A DNA stretch of 64,000 nucleotides from an uncultured bacterium (GTDB lineage Bacteria; Verrucomicrobiota; Verrucomicrobiia; Verrucomicrobiales; DEV007): assembly GCA_963977015.1 (NCBI GenBank), contig CAXBMO010000005.1, positions 192,001 through 256,000 of the forward strand, given 5' to 3'. Made by a program: the position numbers and the translations under genes. Positions 32,501 to 44,500 of the stretch are shown here, in pieces (the stretch's first letter is position 1; each line of letters opens with the position of its first letter). A model generated the notes under the pieces. That model ran no database searches. It was not told the DNA's origin and saw only the letters and a program-made list of their open reading frames with translations.

Positions 32501-35500
32501 GGTCGTAGGTAAGAAACACCTGGTGAAACTCGCCATCGATCGGCAATGCCGCCGAAACCTGCCCCTGAACGTTGCCATCATCGGCGGTCCAAATGACCTG
32601 TTGGTTCACTCCATCGTAAACCACGGAACTTCCGTCCCCGGACCCGCCAGCCTCGAAAATCATCCCGGTGGCCGTGTTGGAAGTCGGGCGAATCCAGAAT
32701 TCTAGGCTGGCGTCCGCATCGGTCGGATTCCCCGTCAGGTTGTGGAAATTGCCTCCCACGCCTCCTGACGTTCCGTCGAGCGTGTAGGCATTCAGAATCC
32801 CGGTCACACTGGAGTCGTTGACGGGACCAAAACTGATTCCCGCGCCAGACATGTTGAACCGCTCATCGACGGTAGCTCCGCTGGTGCCCTCGAACAGCCC
32901 CGAAGTCGCCAACGTCTCTTCGTCCGCATCGAAATTGAGCAACAGCGTCCCGCCGGCAATCGGCGCCGGCCCGCCCAGTTGGGCAAAGCCATTCCCATCC
33001 GTGGTAAGCGAAGTCAACGCAACGCCACTACCGACATCGCCTCGGAAAAGCGTGCTCGCGCTACCCGGAGTGTTCACCGTCAGGGCGAACGCGCCGTCCA
33101 CCGTCGAGCCGAACGTCACGTCACCGCTGGCGTGATTGGACTCCAAATCCACGTCCGTGGTGAGGGTGACGCGGTCGCCGAACGTGATTCCGCCGGAACC
33201 TGCCACAATCACGTTCGCGCCGAGTTGGGTTATGCCGGCAGCGTCAGTTGTGAGCGAACCCAATGCCTCCAATCCGCCGATGATGCTGTCCAAATCGGTC
33301 GTTCCGGAGGCGTTCAGCGTCAGATCGCGGAGGTTCCCCACGTCGGAGTCGATCGTCGCGGCTGCGGCAACGATGATGTTGGTTGCCGTTACCGTGGTGG
33401 TTCCGCCCAGGGTCACCACTCCGTCGAACGTGGCATTGCTTCCCGCATCGATGGCGGCATCCGCACCGAAGGTCAGAGTGTCATTGAAATCTGCGTTGCC
33501 GCCCGCGTTGATGTCTGCCAACCCGCCGAGGAAGTTCGCGGCGGCATTGAAAGTGGCATCGCCCAAAGCCGTCACCGTTCCGGTCGCGTTGAAGGTCGCT
33601 TCGCCGGTGAAGGTGGCGTCGGCCGAAGTCGCCGTTACGGTGGCGTCAGCATTGAAGGTAGAGGTTCCCACGAAACTCACCGATGCGCCATCGATCGCGA
33701 CATTCGCGCTCGTCGTAACGTTGTCGCCCAAGACGATTGCGCCGGACGACGTCACGGCCGTGGTATCAATCGTCGTCGTACCAGCGCTATCCGTAGCCAA
33801 TCCACCCAGCGGAGTGCTACCGCCAATGATTCCGTTGAAATCGGTCACACCCGCCGTGTTCACGGTGAGCGAGCCCGGGGCTGCGGCAGCCGGGTCCGCA
33901 TCAATCGTCTTGCCGGTCCCGAACGTCACGTTGCCCAGCGCGCCTCCGCCACTCGATTCAACGACCGTGGCGATACCAAGGGAAAGGTCGTTGCCAAACG
34001 TCTGGGTTTGGGTGGTCTTGATCTGGATCTCGGTCTGACCACCAGCTTGGACCGCGTTGAAGTTGTTTTGGATTTGGCCGGAAGGTCCACTCGTCAACAC
34101 GCCGCTGTAGAGGCGGAATGCCGCAATTTGACCGTCAAACGGCCGGTATCCCTGCGCACCGCCGCCAAATCCGCCCATGTTGGCACCGCCGACGGTGCCA
34201 AGACCCGAAGGATCGCCTCCATCCCAATCGCTCAATGCGCCGTCCTTGACATCGCTTCCCACCGATGTGCCGTTGACGAACAGTTCGACGGTCTTGGTGC
34301 TGACATCGAGCGTCCCGATCACCTGGATGAAGTCATCGGAAGCGGGGTCGTAACCTGAGCCAGGAGTAACGCCGTCGCCACCGAAGATGCCGCTCGGATC
34401 CAGATCCAGATCATAGACGACTGTTCCTTTGTTGGGCGCCGAGCCCTGAATCACCTGGAAAATCAGATTGCTGCCATCCAGCCCGAATCCCGTTCCCGTG
34501 CCTCCGCCGGTTTCCCAAATCACCTCTTTCCCGGTCAAATCATCCGGCTTGAGCCAGAACTCGAAGGTGACGTCGCTGACATCCACATCGGGAACGCCCA
34601 GCAAGGTGTGATTCACATCCTGCGGCGCCTCATCATTGCCACCAGTCTGCAATTCCAACCCCGCAAGTCCACGCTGATTGTCCGCCGAACTCCCAGTCGC
34701 TCCAGGCAGGACGTAGGCCCCGGTGATTCCCGCGAAACCGGCCGAAGGATTTGAGGCAAACGTCACCACCGAATCATCGATCAACAGGTTGAACGGTTGC
34801 CCGTTCACCGTGGCGCTGCCGCCCACCGCGCTGCCGAGATCCGGAACCAAATTATCCGCCGTGTTGGGATCGAATGAGGCGTCAAAATTGAAGATGATGC
34901 CGCCGCCGGTTTGAAGATTGTCCAGCACCGTGTTGCCAATGACATGGGTCGTCCCGGTCGATCCGGTATCCAGCGAGAGCAACTCGGAGGTGTTCCCCAC
35001 GTGATCCTTGAACGTAAGAGTGCCGGCGGCCCCCAGGCTGGTCGCCAGGCTGCGTGGCGTCCCATCCGAATCGACCGTTCTCTGGAACGTGACGTCGTTG
35101 CCGGTCAGGGTCGTGTCCGCGCCCAGAATGACCGCGCCGTTGTAGTCCTGATTCGCCGTGCCCGTGTTCACAGCTCCACCGTTCAAGTTGATTGCCTCCG
35201 CGTTGACCGTCACCGGCCCGTCAAAGGTCAGTGCGGTTCCAAAGGTGACCGTATCACCCGCCGCCGTCTCATTTTCCCCGGCGTTGACGATGAGTCCTTC
35301 CACCGCCGTTTTATCGACCCGAATCGTATTGCCATCGACCCGCTCGAATCCCGATGACGTCGTCAGCGCCAGATTCGCATCCTGAATCACGTAATGCGTA
35401 CCGTCATCGGTGATGGTCAAGGCATCGTCGGAATCGTTGTTGATGTCCGTGATGACAAGGTTGTTGCCCACTTTTTCAACGCTGGTCTCCGCCGAGCCGA

Positions 35501-38500
35501 AGCTGTTCAACACCACGTCGTTGCCATCACCTCCCGCGTAATTGATCTGGAAGGTGTAAACATCGGTGCCGAACGTCAGGTCAAAGGCCTCGCTCAGCCC
35601 GGTCGCCCCCACTTCGGGGTAGTTGCTGAAGCTGCCGGTTACCGCGTCCGCGGTGCCGTCATTCGCGATCAGAACGTGGGAATTGCCGCTCGCCGCCGCG
35701 TAGTTCAGAGTCAGGAGCAGATTCGAATTGGAGATATCCACCGCCTGATCAGCCGCCGTGCCGTCTTCGACCGTGATGGAATCGTTCACGCCATTGCCAT
35801 CGAGCGCGATTTCAATCGCGCCGCCGGTGACGTTGAAATCACCGTCCACCGTCATCGTGTCGATCGCGCCGTCAGCGCCAATTTGCAACGTGCCGCCAGT
35901 CTGATTGTAGGTCACGCCAAAATCGTTCACATCCTTCAGCAAACCCGTTCCACTAACCGTGAACGTCTCCGCTCCAGCCCGGTTGATGACGTCCTGGCCG
36001 CTCAAATCGAGCACCCCGCCGCTCAGATTCACCGAAGACGCTCCTGCGGCGAGCGAATCCAGATTGAACGCGGTTGTCACCGTGACCGTTCCGTCGGTGA
36101 TGTTCACCGTCGAGGCGCCGTCCGCCAGGTTGATCGTGCCCACCGTGAGGTCGCCGCCGTTGTGATTCAGCGTGCCGGTGGTGTTTTGCGTATTCGAGGA
36201 GGTGCCGCCGTCATTGGCATTCGCCAATGTGATGGAGTTCGCGGTAATGGTGCCCGCGTTGTAGGTCAGCGTGCCCTTGCCGCTCCCACTACTATTCTGA
36301 TGCTGACCGAGGGCCAGCTCATCAAGCGTCGCCTTGAAGGTGGCGCCGGTCATGTCGAAGATGCCGACCGCGTTGTTCCCCGTGCTCACGTCATTATCGC
36401 CGATGAGTAGATTGGCTGCGGTATTCGCATCCCCCGTCAGATTCAGTGTCCCGCCTCCAGCGATATCGACCGTGCCCAGGCTCTTCTCGCTGCCGACTTC
36501 AAAGGTATCGACATCCACCGTGTTGATGGTGCTGCCAAAGGTCAGCGTGCTGGTGACGGCATCGTTGCCGTGCGTCGCCGAATTGCCGACCCGGACCGTG
36601 CTCGCGGTAATCGCGTTGTTGCCCACGTTGGAAAGATCCACCGTGCCGAATGTGCCACCGCCGCCAGAGCCGCCGGCCATATCACCGATGAGCACCTGCG
36701 TTACGTTGATCGCAACCGAATCCGCCGCGGTCAGATCCAGCGTCCCAACTCCGGCCGGAATCCCGGTGTCGCTGCCGGTACGGGTTCCCACTTCCAATTG
36801 GCCGCCGTTCACGACGTCTCCGATGGTCACGGCCCCGCCTTGAACCGTCACCGTGGCGTTCTTCGCGGGTTCTCCGGCATTGCTCGCGTCCTGTTTCGCA
36901 ATGTGCAAGGTATCCACCTGCAGACCGGCCGCCGTGACTGTAAACTGTCCGTTCTCGATGTTCAGGGTGCTGGTCTGGGTCTCGGTGACGCCGTTGGCGA
37001 CGGTAAAGGAGCCGCCGCGCTGGGTAATCGTGCCCGAGGAATTTCCCGTGCTGGTGGCGAGCGCCACCGTATTCGCGGTGACCGTGCCCGCATCGAAGAT
37101 CAACGTCCCGATCCCGGCACCGCTACCACCGACGTGGCGTCCCAAATTCAAGGTGCCAAACGCGGCGTTCAGCGTCGCGCCGGAGGCATCGATCACCCCG
37201 TGGGCCTGGTTTCCGGTGCTCCCGTTGACATTCCACCCAAGATTGGCATTGGTCGCCGCTCCGGTGTCGCCGGAGATGTTCAACTCTCCACCTGCGGTGA
37301 TGGTAATTTTGCCCTGGGCCTTGCCGTCGCCAAGGGTCAGGGTATCCACATTGAGATCGTTCGTGCCGCTGCCGAACTGAATCTCAGAAATGATGTCGGC
37401 AACATTCGTCCCATTGTTGCTCTCATTTCCCGTGCCGGGAGATCCTCCCACAATCATGGTCGTAGTGTTGACCGTATTGGCTCCGGAGTCAGACAACAGC
37501 AGGGCACCATGCACCTTGAACTGCCCTGCCCCACCGGTGAGCCGTCCCATCAGGGTGCTGGCCACATTGATGGTTACGCCGGATGCGGAGGAGAAGTCCA
37601 CCGTCGCCGTGGCATCGTTCGTCACATCGGCATCCCGATTACCGATGGCGAGGGTTTCCGTGCCATTTCCAACCGAAACGGCGCCAGCGCTCACCACCAG
37701 GCTGGAATCAGTGCCCGCATCTTCGCCAACCCGGAGCGTATCAAGCGCCAGTCCGTCGCCGACTGTCATCGTGCCTTCATCAATCAGCAACTGACCCGCG
37801 CCCGCGCCATTGGTCACCCCGTTGGTCACGTTCACATTACCTTGGTTAATGACCTGAAGCGTTCCCGCATCAATCGCGACGGAATCCGTATTTGAAATCG
37901 CCCCGCCGTCGACCTGAAGAGTACCGGCGTTCACCGCCGTGGTACCGGAATAGGAGCTAGCGCTCGTCAGAGCCATCGTGCCCGCACCGTTCTTGACGAT
38001 TTCCCCTGCCGCACCGGTGCCGGCCTGGTCCATCAGGTTCCCAGCTACAATCAAGTCCGCACTGGCATCGCCCGTCACATCCGCCACATTGAATACCGTA
38101 GCCGCGCTCAGGTGAATCGCCCCGTTGGTACCGGACGTGGTGATGGTGGACGCGGTGGTTCCGCCAACGGTGACATCTCCTTCAATGAAGAAGGTCTGGT
38201 AGGCGGCACTCACCCCGCCATTGGAGGCCAAAGTGCCGCCATTTAGCGTCACATCGTTGAGAACGGTGAAGGAGTTGTTGCTCGTAACCGTACCACCTGC
38301 ATTGATGACAAGCGTGTTGGTCGGCGACGGGCTCGAGGCCCGCCCAAACGCGTTGTACGAGGTGAACCGTAGCTCTCCTCCATTGTTCACAGTTACCGTT
38401 TTGGTACCGGTTCCGAGGAGGTATTCCCGACTTCCACTGGAGCTCCCAGCTTCAAGAACACCCCCATCCACCACCACATCCCCGGTGAAACCCGCATTGG

Positions 38501-41500
38501 TGCCGTCTCCGGCAGAGTCGATGGTCAACGTACCGTCGCCGGTCTTCGTCAACTCGCCACTCCCGGTAATCGCCCCCTTGATCTCACTGGCCGTGGAGGT
38601 GCTGCTGTTGGAAACCGTCAAGGCGTTCGTCCCCAGGGCAACCGAGCTCTCGAAGGTGACGCTTTCCCCGCTGACCTGCACATTGCCCCCGAGCGTGACA
38701 GCGCCGTTGTAAGTCTGATCGCCCGTGGCCGTGGTCACATCGGCGTCCAGATTGATCGTCTCCGCAGTGATGCTGAGGTCTCCCGGCAGGCTGGTGAAGC
38801 CGTTCAGGGTCACGGAATCGGTCCCCGCGCCGGTGTTGACGGAAAGCGAGCCTCCACTGAAGTCTGCGATCGCCACCGTCACCGTGTTGGTTCCGCTGCC
38901 ACTACCGACAGCGCTGTAAAGCAGGTTGCTCGAATCGGTGAAGGTGATGTTGGTCCCGTCACTGGTGATGACGAGGGTGTCGTCCACGTTTGTCTGCCGA
39001 TCAAAAACCAGATCATTCGAACCATCGACATAGATGAACCCGACGGAGGTGCTCAAGGTCACGCTGTCGGAGGCCGAGTCAGCAAAGGTTCCGGTGCCGC
39101 CAGTCTGACCGGTGATGTCGACCGCATTTCCGGTTCCCGGGGTCACCACGCCATCCCAAGGCAAGGCGGTGAGGCTGCCCGGAGCGCCGGAGTAACCGGC
39201 AGCGGGCACGAAACGCAGACTGTAGGTGTCCTCAACCACGGTGGCGTTGGTGGTGGCATCGACCGTGGTGGGGATGGCCGTCCAGCCGCCGCCCACGTTG
39301 TCATTGAATTCCCAGGTTCCCTCCGCCGCCGTCGACGCGTTGCCGACAATGGCCACGCCCGCAAAGCTCGCCCCATCGTCCACATCGGCAAAATTGGTCG
39401 CGAAGAGGTTGGCAACGGTGTCGCCGGATGGATTGGCGTCGGTTTGCGGTATCAGAGCCAGTTCAGCCGTGCTGTCGCCGTTGTTCGTCGGCGCGTCGTT
39501 CGCACCGTCGACCGTCACTTCGACCCGTGTCCCGAAGAGGGACTGGGCCGGGCCTGTGCCGGTGGGTGCGGCAAGGCTGACTTCCTGCAACGCCCAGGCG
39601 TCGAGCGCTGCACCGTCTTCGCGCGGTTGGATCCGCAGGGTGTAGGTTCCCTCTGCGAGGTTAAACGTGTTCGGGGTCCCGCTGCCGGGGCTGGTGCTTT
39701 CCGGGTTCCCCGAGCCATACCAAGTGAACGTGGAGGAGCTGTTGGTTTGAATTGCGTACCAATCCTGGTTCACATCACCAGCTCCGCTGGTTCCATCCTG
39801 AAGCTCGACAATCCCTGCGTAGATCGAGTCGCTGCTGCCATCATATCCGGCCGCGTGGATGTAAAGCCGATAGGTTCCTGCCGTGGTGATGTTGATCTTG
39901 TAATCCACGAACGGTCCCTCCACCATCACGCCGCCAATTCCGGCCCCATTGGGATGCTCCAGGAATGTGCCCGTGCGCGAGCCGCTGAATCCGGTGGTCT
40001 CATCGGTCCAACCCAACCCGCCGGGAGCCGCGACGTTGGACTGGAAGTTCACCGCATCACCCGCAACGACGCCACCCACCTCCTGGAACTGGCCAATGTC
40101 GTTACCGGCCGCATCGCTGGAGATGTGGACGAAAGAATCCGTGTCCGAGTCTCCCAAGGCGAGGTTTTCGAACTGACCATTGGGATCGTAAGTCACCGTA
40201 TCACCACCGGCATCAACCGTAACCGTCCCCGTTGTCCCCGTCGTATCGATCGACGCAATCGTGACATCTCCCGCGTCCCCTTCAACGCTGGGGTCAGCCA
40301 GAGCGAGGGTGTCTCCGGAGCTGTCCTCGCTCACCGTCGCGGTGTTGGGAGCGAAGCCCGCGCCAAGGTGATTCACCTCGATGGCTCCGAGATCCCGAGC
40401 CGGATCATCCCCCGCGATGCGCGTCGTGCCGCGTTGATCGGCGGCAATGACCGAATTGGTTGCTGCATTGGCCGCCCCACCGGTGCTGGCCGGCAGGTGA
40501 CTCTGCATCCCCGCAATTCCTGCGGCGGCCGCCAGAGCGTTGAGCGTGGCGGGTCCGCCATTTTCCGACAGAGCACCCAAATCGGGATCAACCACAATGC
40601 GGCCATCGGTATCGCCGCTCAAGGTACCGCCCTGACGGACGCCAAGCAGGTTTTCCCCCGCGAGTACGATGTTGCCGTTGGTGTCGCCATCCCGATTGGT
40701 GTTGTCGATATCGCGATGGTTACCAAACACGATGCTGTTTTCGATCGTGATCGTTGAACTTCCACGCTGAATCCCGCCGCCATTCCGGGTTGCCCCGTTG
40801 TCGGAGACGGTGACGTGGTTCAGGTTCACCGTCGAGGCATTGGTAAAGTAGATTGCGCCGCCATCGCGGTCGTTTACGAAGGCGCCACCGCCATTTCCGT
40901 TGATGCCGGCCCGGTTACCACTGAAGGTTACGTTGGTCGCGGTGAGGGACGAACCGTCCGTCTCCCCCCAGATCGCGCCGCCGTGACCATCCGAAGTGTT
41001 GCCGGACACTTCCCCGTTTACGAGGACAATCGTCCCGCGATTGGCCGTGGAAATCGCGCCGCCACGCCCCCGGCCTTCATTGCCGTCGGAATCGGTGCTG
41101 TTGCCGCGAAGGATGAAGTTGGTGAGATGTAAGAGACCGTCGTCCACGTAAACCCCTCCGCCGCGGCCATAGGAATGGTTGTCGGCAATGATGACGTTGC
41201 TTCCCGTGAAAGAAGCCTCCGCGCCACCCAGGTAGATGGCGCCACCACGGCGATCCTGACCGGTGGAACTGACGGAGGCCGCGGTGTCGAGATCGTAATT
41301 CGTGCGGTTGTCCGTGAACACCACCGAATCGCCCGTCACCGTGCCTGCGGAATAAATTGCACCGCCGTATTCGGTGCGAACCGCGTTGCCCGTGAAGGTG
41401 ACGTCCTGCAGGGTCAACTTCGATTGATCGGAAGCCAGGTAGATCGCGCCGCCCCGCCGGTTCGATTCATTGCGCAGCACGTCGACACTGGTCAGGTTGA

Positions 41501-44500
41501 CGATCGAAGCGTTCTGCTGCATGATCGCGCCGCCCGTCCGCGGCGACCGGTTATCGGCAATGGTCGCATCAGTGATATTGACCGTCGTATTCGCGTGCGT
41601 GATGAAAATCGCGCCGCCACCGCGATTGTCGTCGTTGGTCTCCACGGTGGTGTTGTTGGAGATTGTCGAGGTCTTGATCCCGGGCGTGCTGGAATTAATG
41701 GTGATCACCGAGGAACGATCGCCGTATATCGCGCCCCCCCGACCTTCGGCATTGTTGTTTGTGAGGGAGGCATCCGTCAGGTTGACCTTTGAGCCGCCGG
41801 TCACGTAGATCGCGCCGCCGACGTGGTTGCCGGGATTGGCGACATAGTCGCGATCTCCCGCATGGTTGAAGGTAAAGCTCGAGTTGGTGGAATTAAACGT
41901 TCCAGCCCTTACGGCGACGCCTCCACCATGTTGATTAATGGAACTGTTTTGCGTGATCGTCCCATTGTCAAAATTCACGGTGACAGCACCTTCCAGCATC
42001 AAACCACCACCGTCGTCCTCGCTGAAGTTGCCTTGAATGGTGGTGCCGTCAAAATTGACGGTAACCGCTCCCTTGATCGACAGACCAGCCCCATCGTCGT
42101 CCGCGTAGTTGCCGAAATCGATTTTCCCATCGCCCGCCTGAGGTCCTCCAATCAATCCGCCGACGAAATTCACCGTGTTGTTGGTCCCTGCAATCATTCC
42201 GCCGCCGCCATCGCGGTCGGTATTGGTCGCCTGAGCCGCGAAAGCAACGTTGTCAAAACTGGTGGCGGCATCCGTGTCCTGCGCGGTGTTCTCGACCACG
42301 TTTCGTTGAATCGTGACGTTTTCGAACGTCGCCGTGTGGTCGCTTCCCACCAGGATGAAGCCGCCGCCGTCATCTTTCGTGGAGTTGTCGAGAATGGAGA
42401 CGTTCTTGAGTTCCAGAACGTTGTTCTGACCCGTGAAGTAGAATCCACCACCATCAGCCGTACCATCGTCGTTGAACGAGGCCTTGTTGGCCGAGACTTC
42501 CACGCCATCCATGACGACGGTCGTTGTGGACGCGATGTTGCCGGTCGCAAGAAATCCGCCGCCATGATCGCCGGCAATGTTTTCGCTAATTTTGCCGCCG
42601 GTCATGACCACCGTAGATCCCCGAAGCCCACTGCTCGTTGCGTAAAAACCCCCACCTTGGTTGCCGCTGCCTCGAATCGCCTGGTTGCCAACGATTTCCA
42701 CGTTGGTCAGAATCACGGTGGCTCCATCAGCGCGAAACCCCGCCCCGTGGTCGTTGTCCACAGTGACTCCGCCGGTGATGGTAAGACCGCTGAAAAACGC
42801 CGTGACCGCAGGTTGAATGTCGAAGACCCGGCCGATTCCGCCGCCATCGATGATGGTGTTCGCGGCGCCATTGCCCTTAAAAACGATCGCGCCGTTGGTC
42901 TTCCTGAGGTCGTAGTCTTCCCCGGCGTTGTTGTTTTCGTCTCCCGTCGTACTCAGGGAGGTGACGATGTTGCTGGTATCGAGCGCGGAATTGAAGGTGA
43001 TGACAAAATCCCCGGCGCCACTGGCGTTGGCAATGTTGATCGCCTCGCGCAGCGAAACCGAACCATCGGTGTCGGAAGTGGTCTCGATCGTCCCGGTTTC
43101 CACCAGCGTGTTGACTTCGATCGTCCCGGCGGCCGGGGTCATGGGACTCGCCAGCGGATTGAACACGGTGATGGTGTCGGACTGCGTCACCGTTTGATTG
43201 GTCGTCAAATCCGTGACAGTGAGAGTCACCGTCCAGGTTTCGGAAACCGTTTCCGCGCTGGCAATGGTGTGGGTAAAGCTGACGGCGTCCGTTTCGTTTT
43301 CGGCGGGATCGACCGCCGTGGAGTTGGTGGCGGTGAAAATGTCGGAAGTTCCGTCGTTCACCGTCCACGCGAACTGAACATCTCCCGCGCCGGTGGAGTT
43401 GGCCACGGCATCCAGGTTGATCTCGACTCCGCTAACGCCTAAAGCTGGCAGATTAAGCGCGTCCAGAGTCAAGGCGGTGGCGAGTCCGTTCAACTCGACG
43501 GCCCCGCGATCGCTCGAGGCAGTCGTTCCGCCGTTCGCCGGGCGGCCCGCTCCCGTTTGATCCGCCGCGAGGACTTCCGTGGTGACGGCGTCCACGATAT
43601 TGGAGGCACCGGCGTCCGGGATGTAAACCTGGACGTGAGCGGTTGCCGAAGTCGCCGCGCTCGAGCCCGCATTGGAGGCTCCCACCAGGAAGGCGTTGCT
43701 CAGCGCGTTGAGGGTGGCATTCGTGTTGCCCTGGTAGGTATCGACCAGGTTAAGCGCGGTTGCACCCTGAGTGCCGCCCACATTGCGCGCCGCTCCGGCG
43801 TTGTTCTCGTTTTGGGTAACGACCGAGGCAACCACGTTCACGTTGTGGGCATCGCGCCGGATTCCCGCGCCATTGTTGGCGACGTTTTCGGAGAATGTGG
43901 TGTGAGTCAGGTTGGAGATGCCCCGCCGGTTGTACCAGCCTCCACCATTCCGATTCTGGACGTAATCCGGAGTTGTATCGCCGCCTTCCGCCCGGGTAAA
44001 TCCGGCGTAGTTGCCGGAAAACGTGCTGTTTTCCACTGTGCTGCGCAAATTCCAGTCCCAGCTGGCCACACCACCGCCATGATCGCGGGCCACGTTTCCA
44101 GCGACGGTCGAATTCGTCATCGTGAACTGAACGTCGTTCTGCATCATCAAGCCTCCGCCGTATTGGGTAGCCTCATTATCCAAAATCGCGGAATTGTGAA
44201 CGTCCAGCTTCGTTCTTCCGACCACTCGGATACCACCACCATGTGAGTTGACGGTTCGGACAGTGCCCGCGGAGTCGTAGCCCGCCAAGTTTCCTTGAAT
44301 GAGCGAACCACTAATCAAAACCTTGGAGTCATCGTTGATGTGGAGTCCGCCTCCGTCATCCCGCGCAATGTTATCAGAGACAGTACTGTCAATCAGTTCC
44401 AAAACGGTGCGTTCCCGGCCATAAATCCCGCCGCCTTCAGAGCCCCCGTTTCCGCTGCCGGTTGCCGTGGTAACATCCCCAATACTATAAGTGTGGGTAG

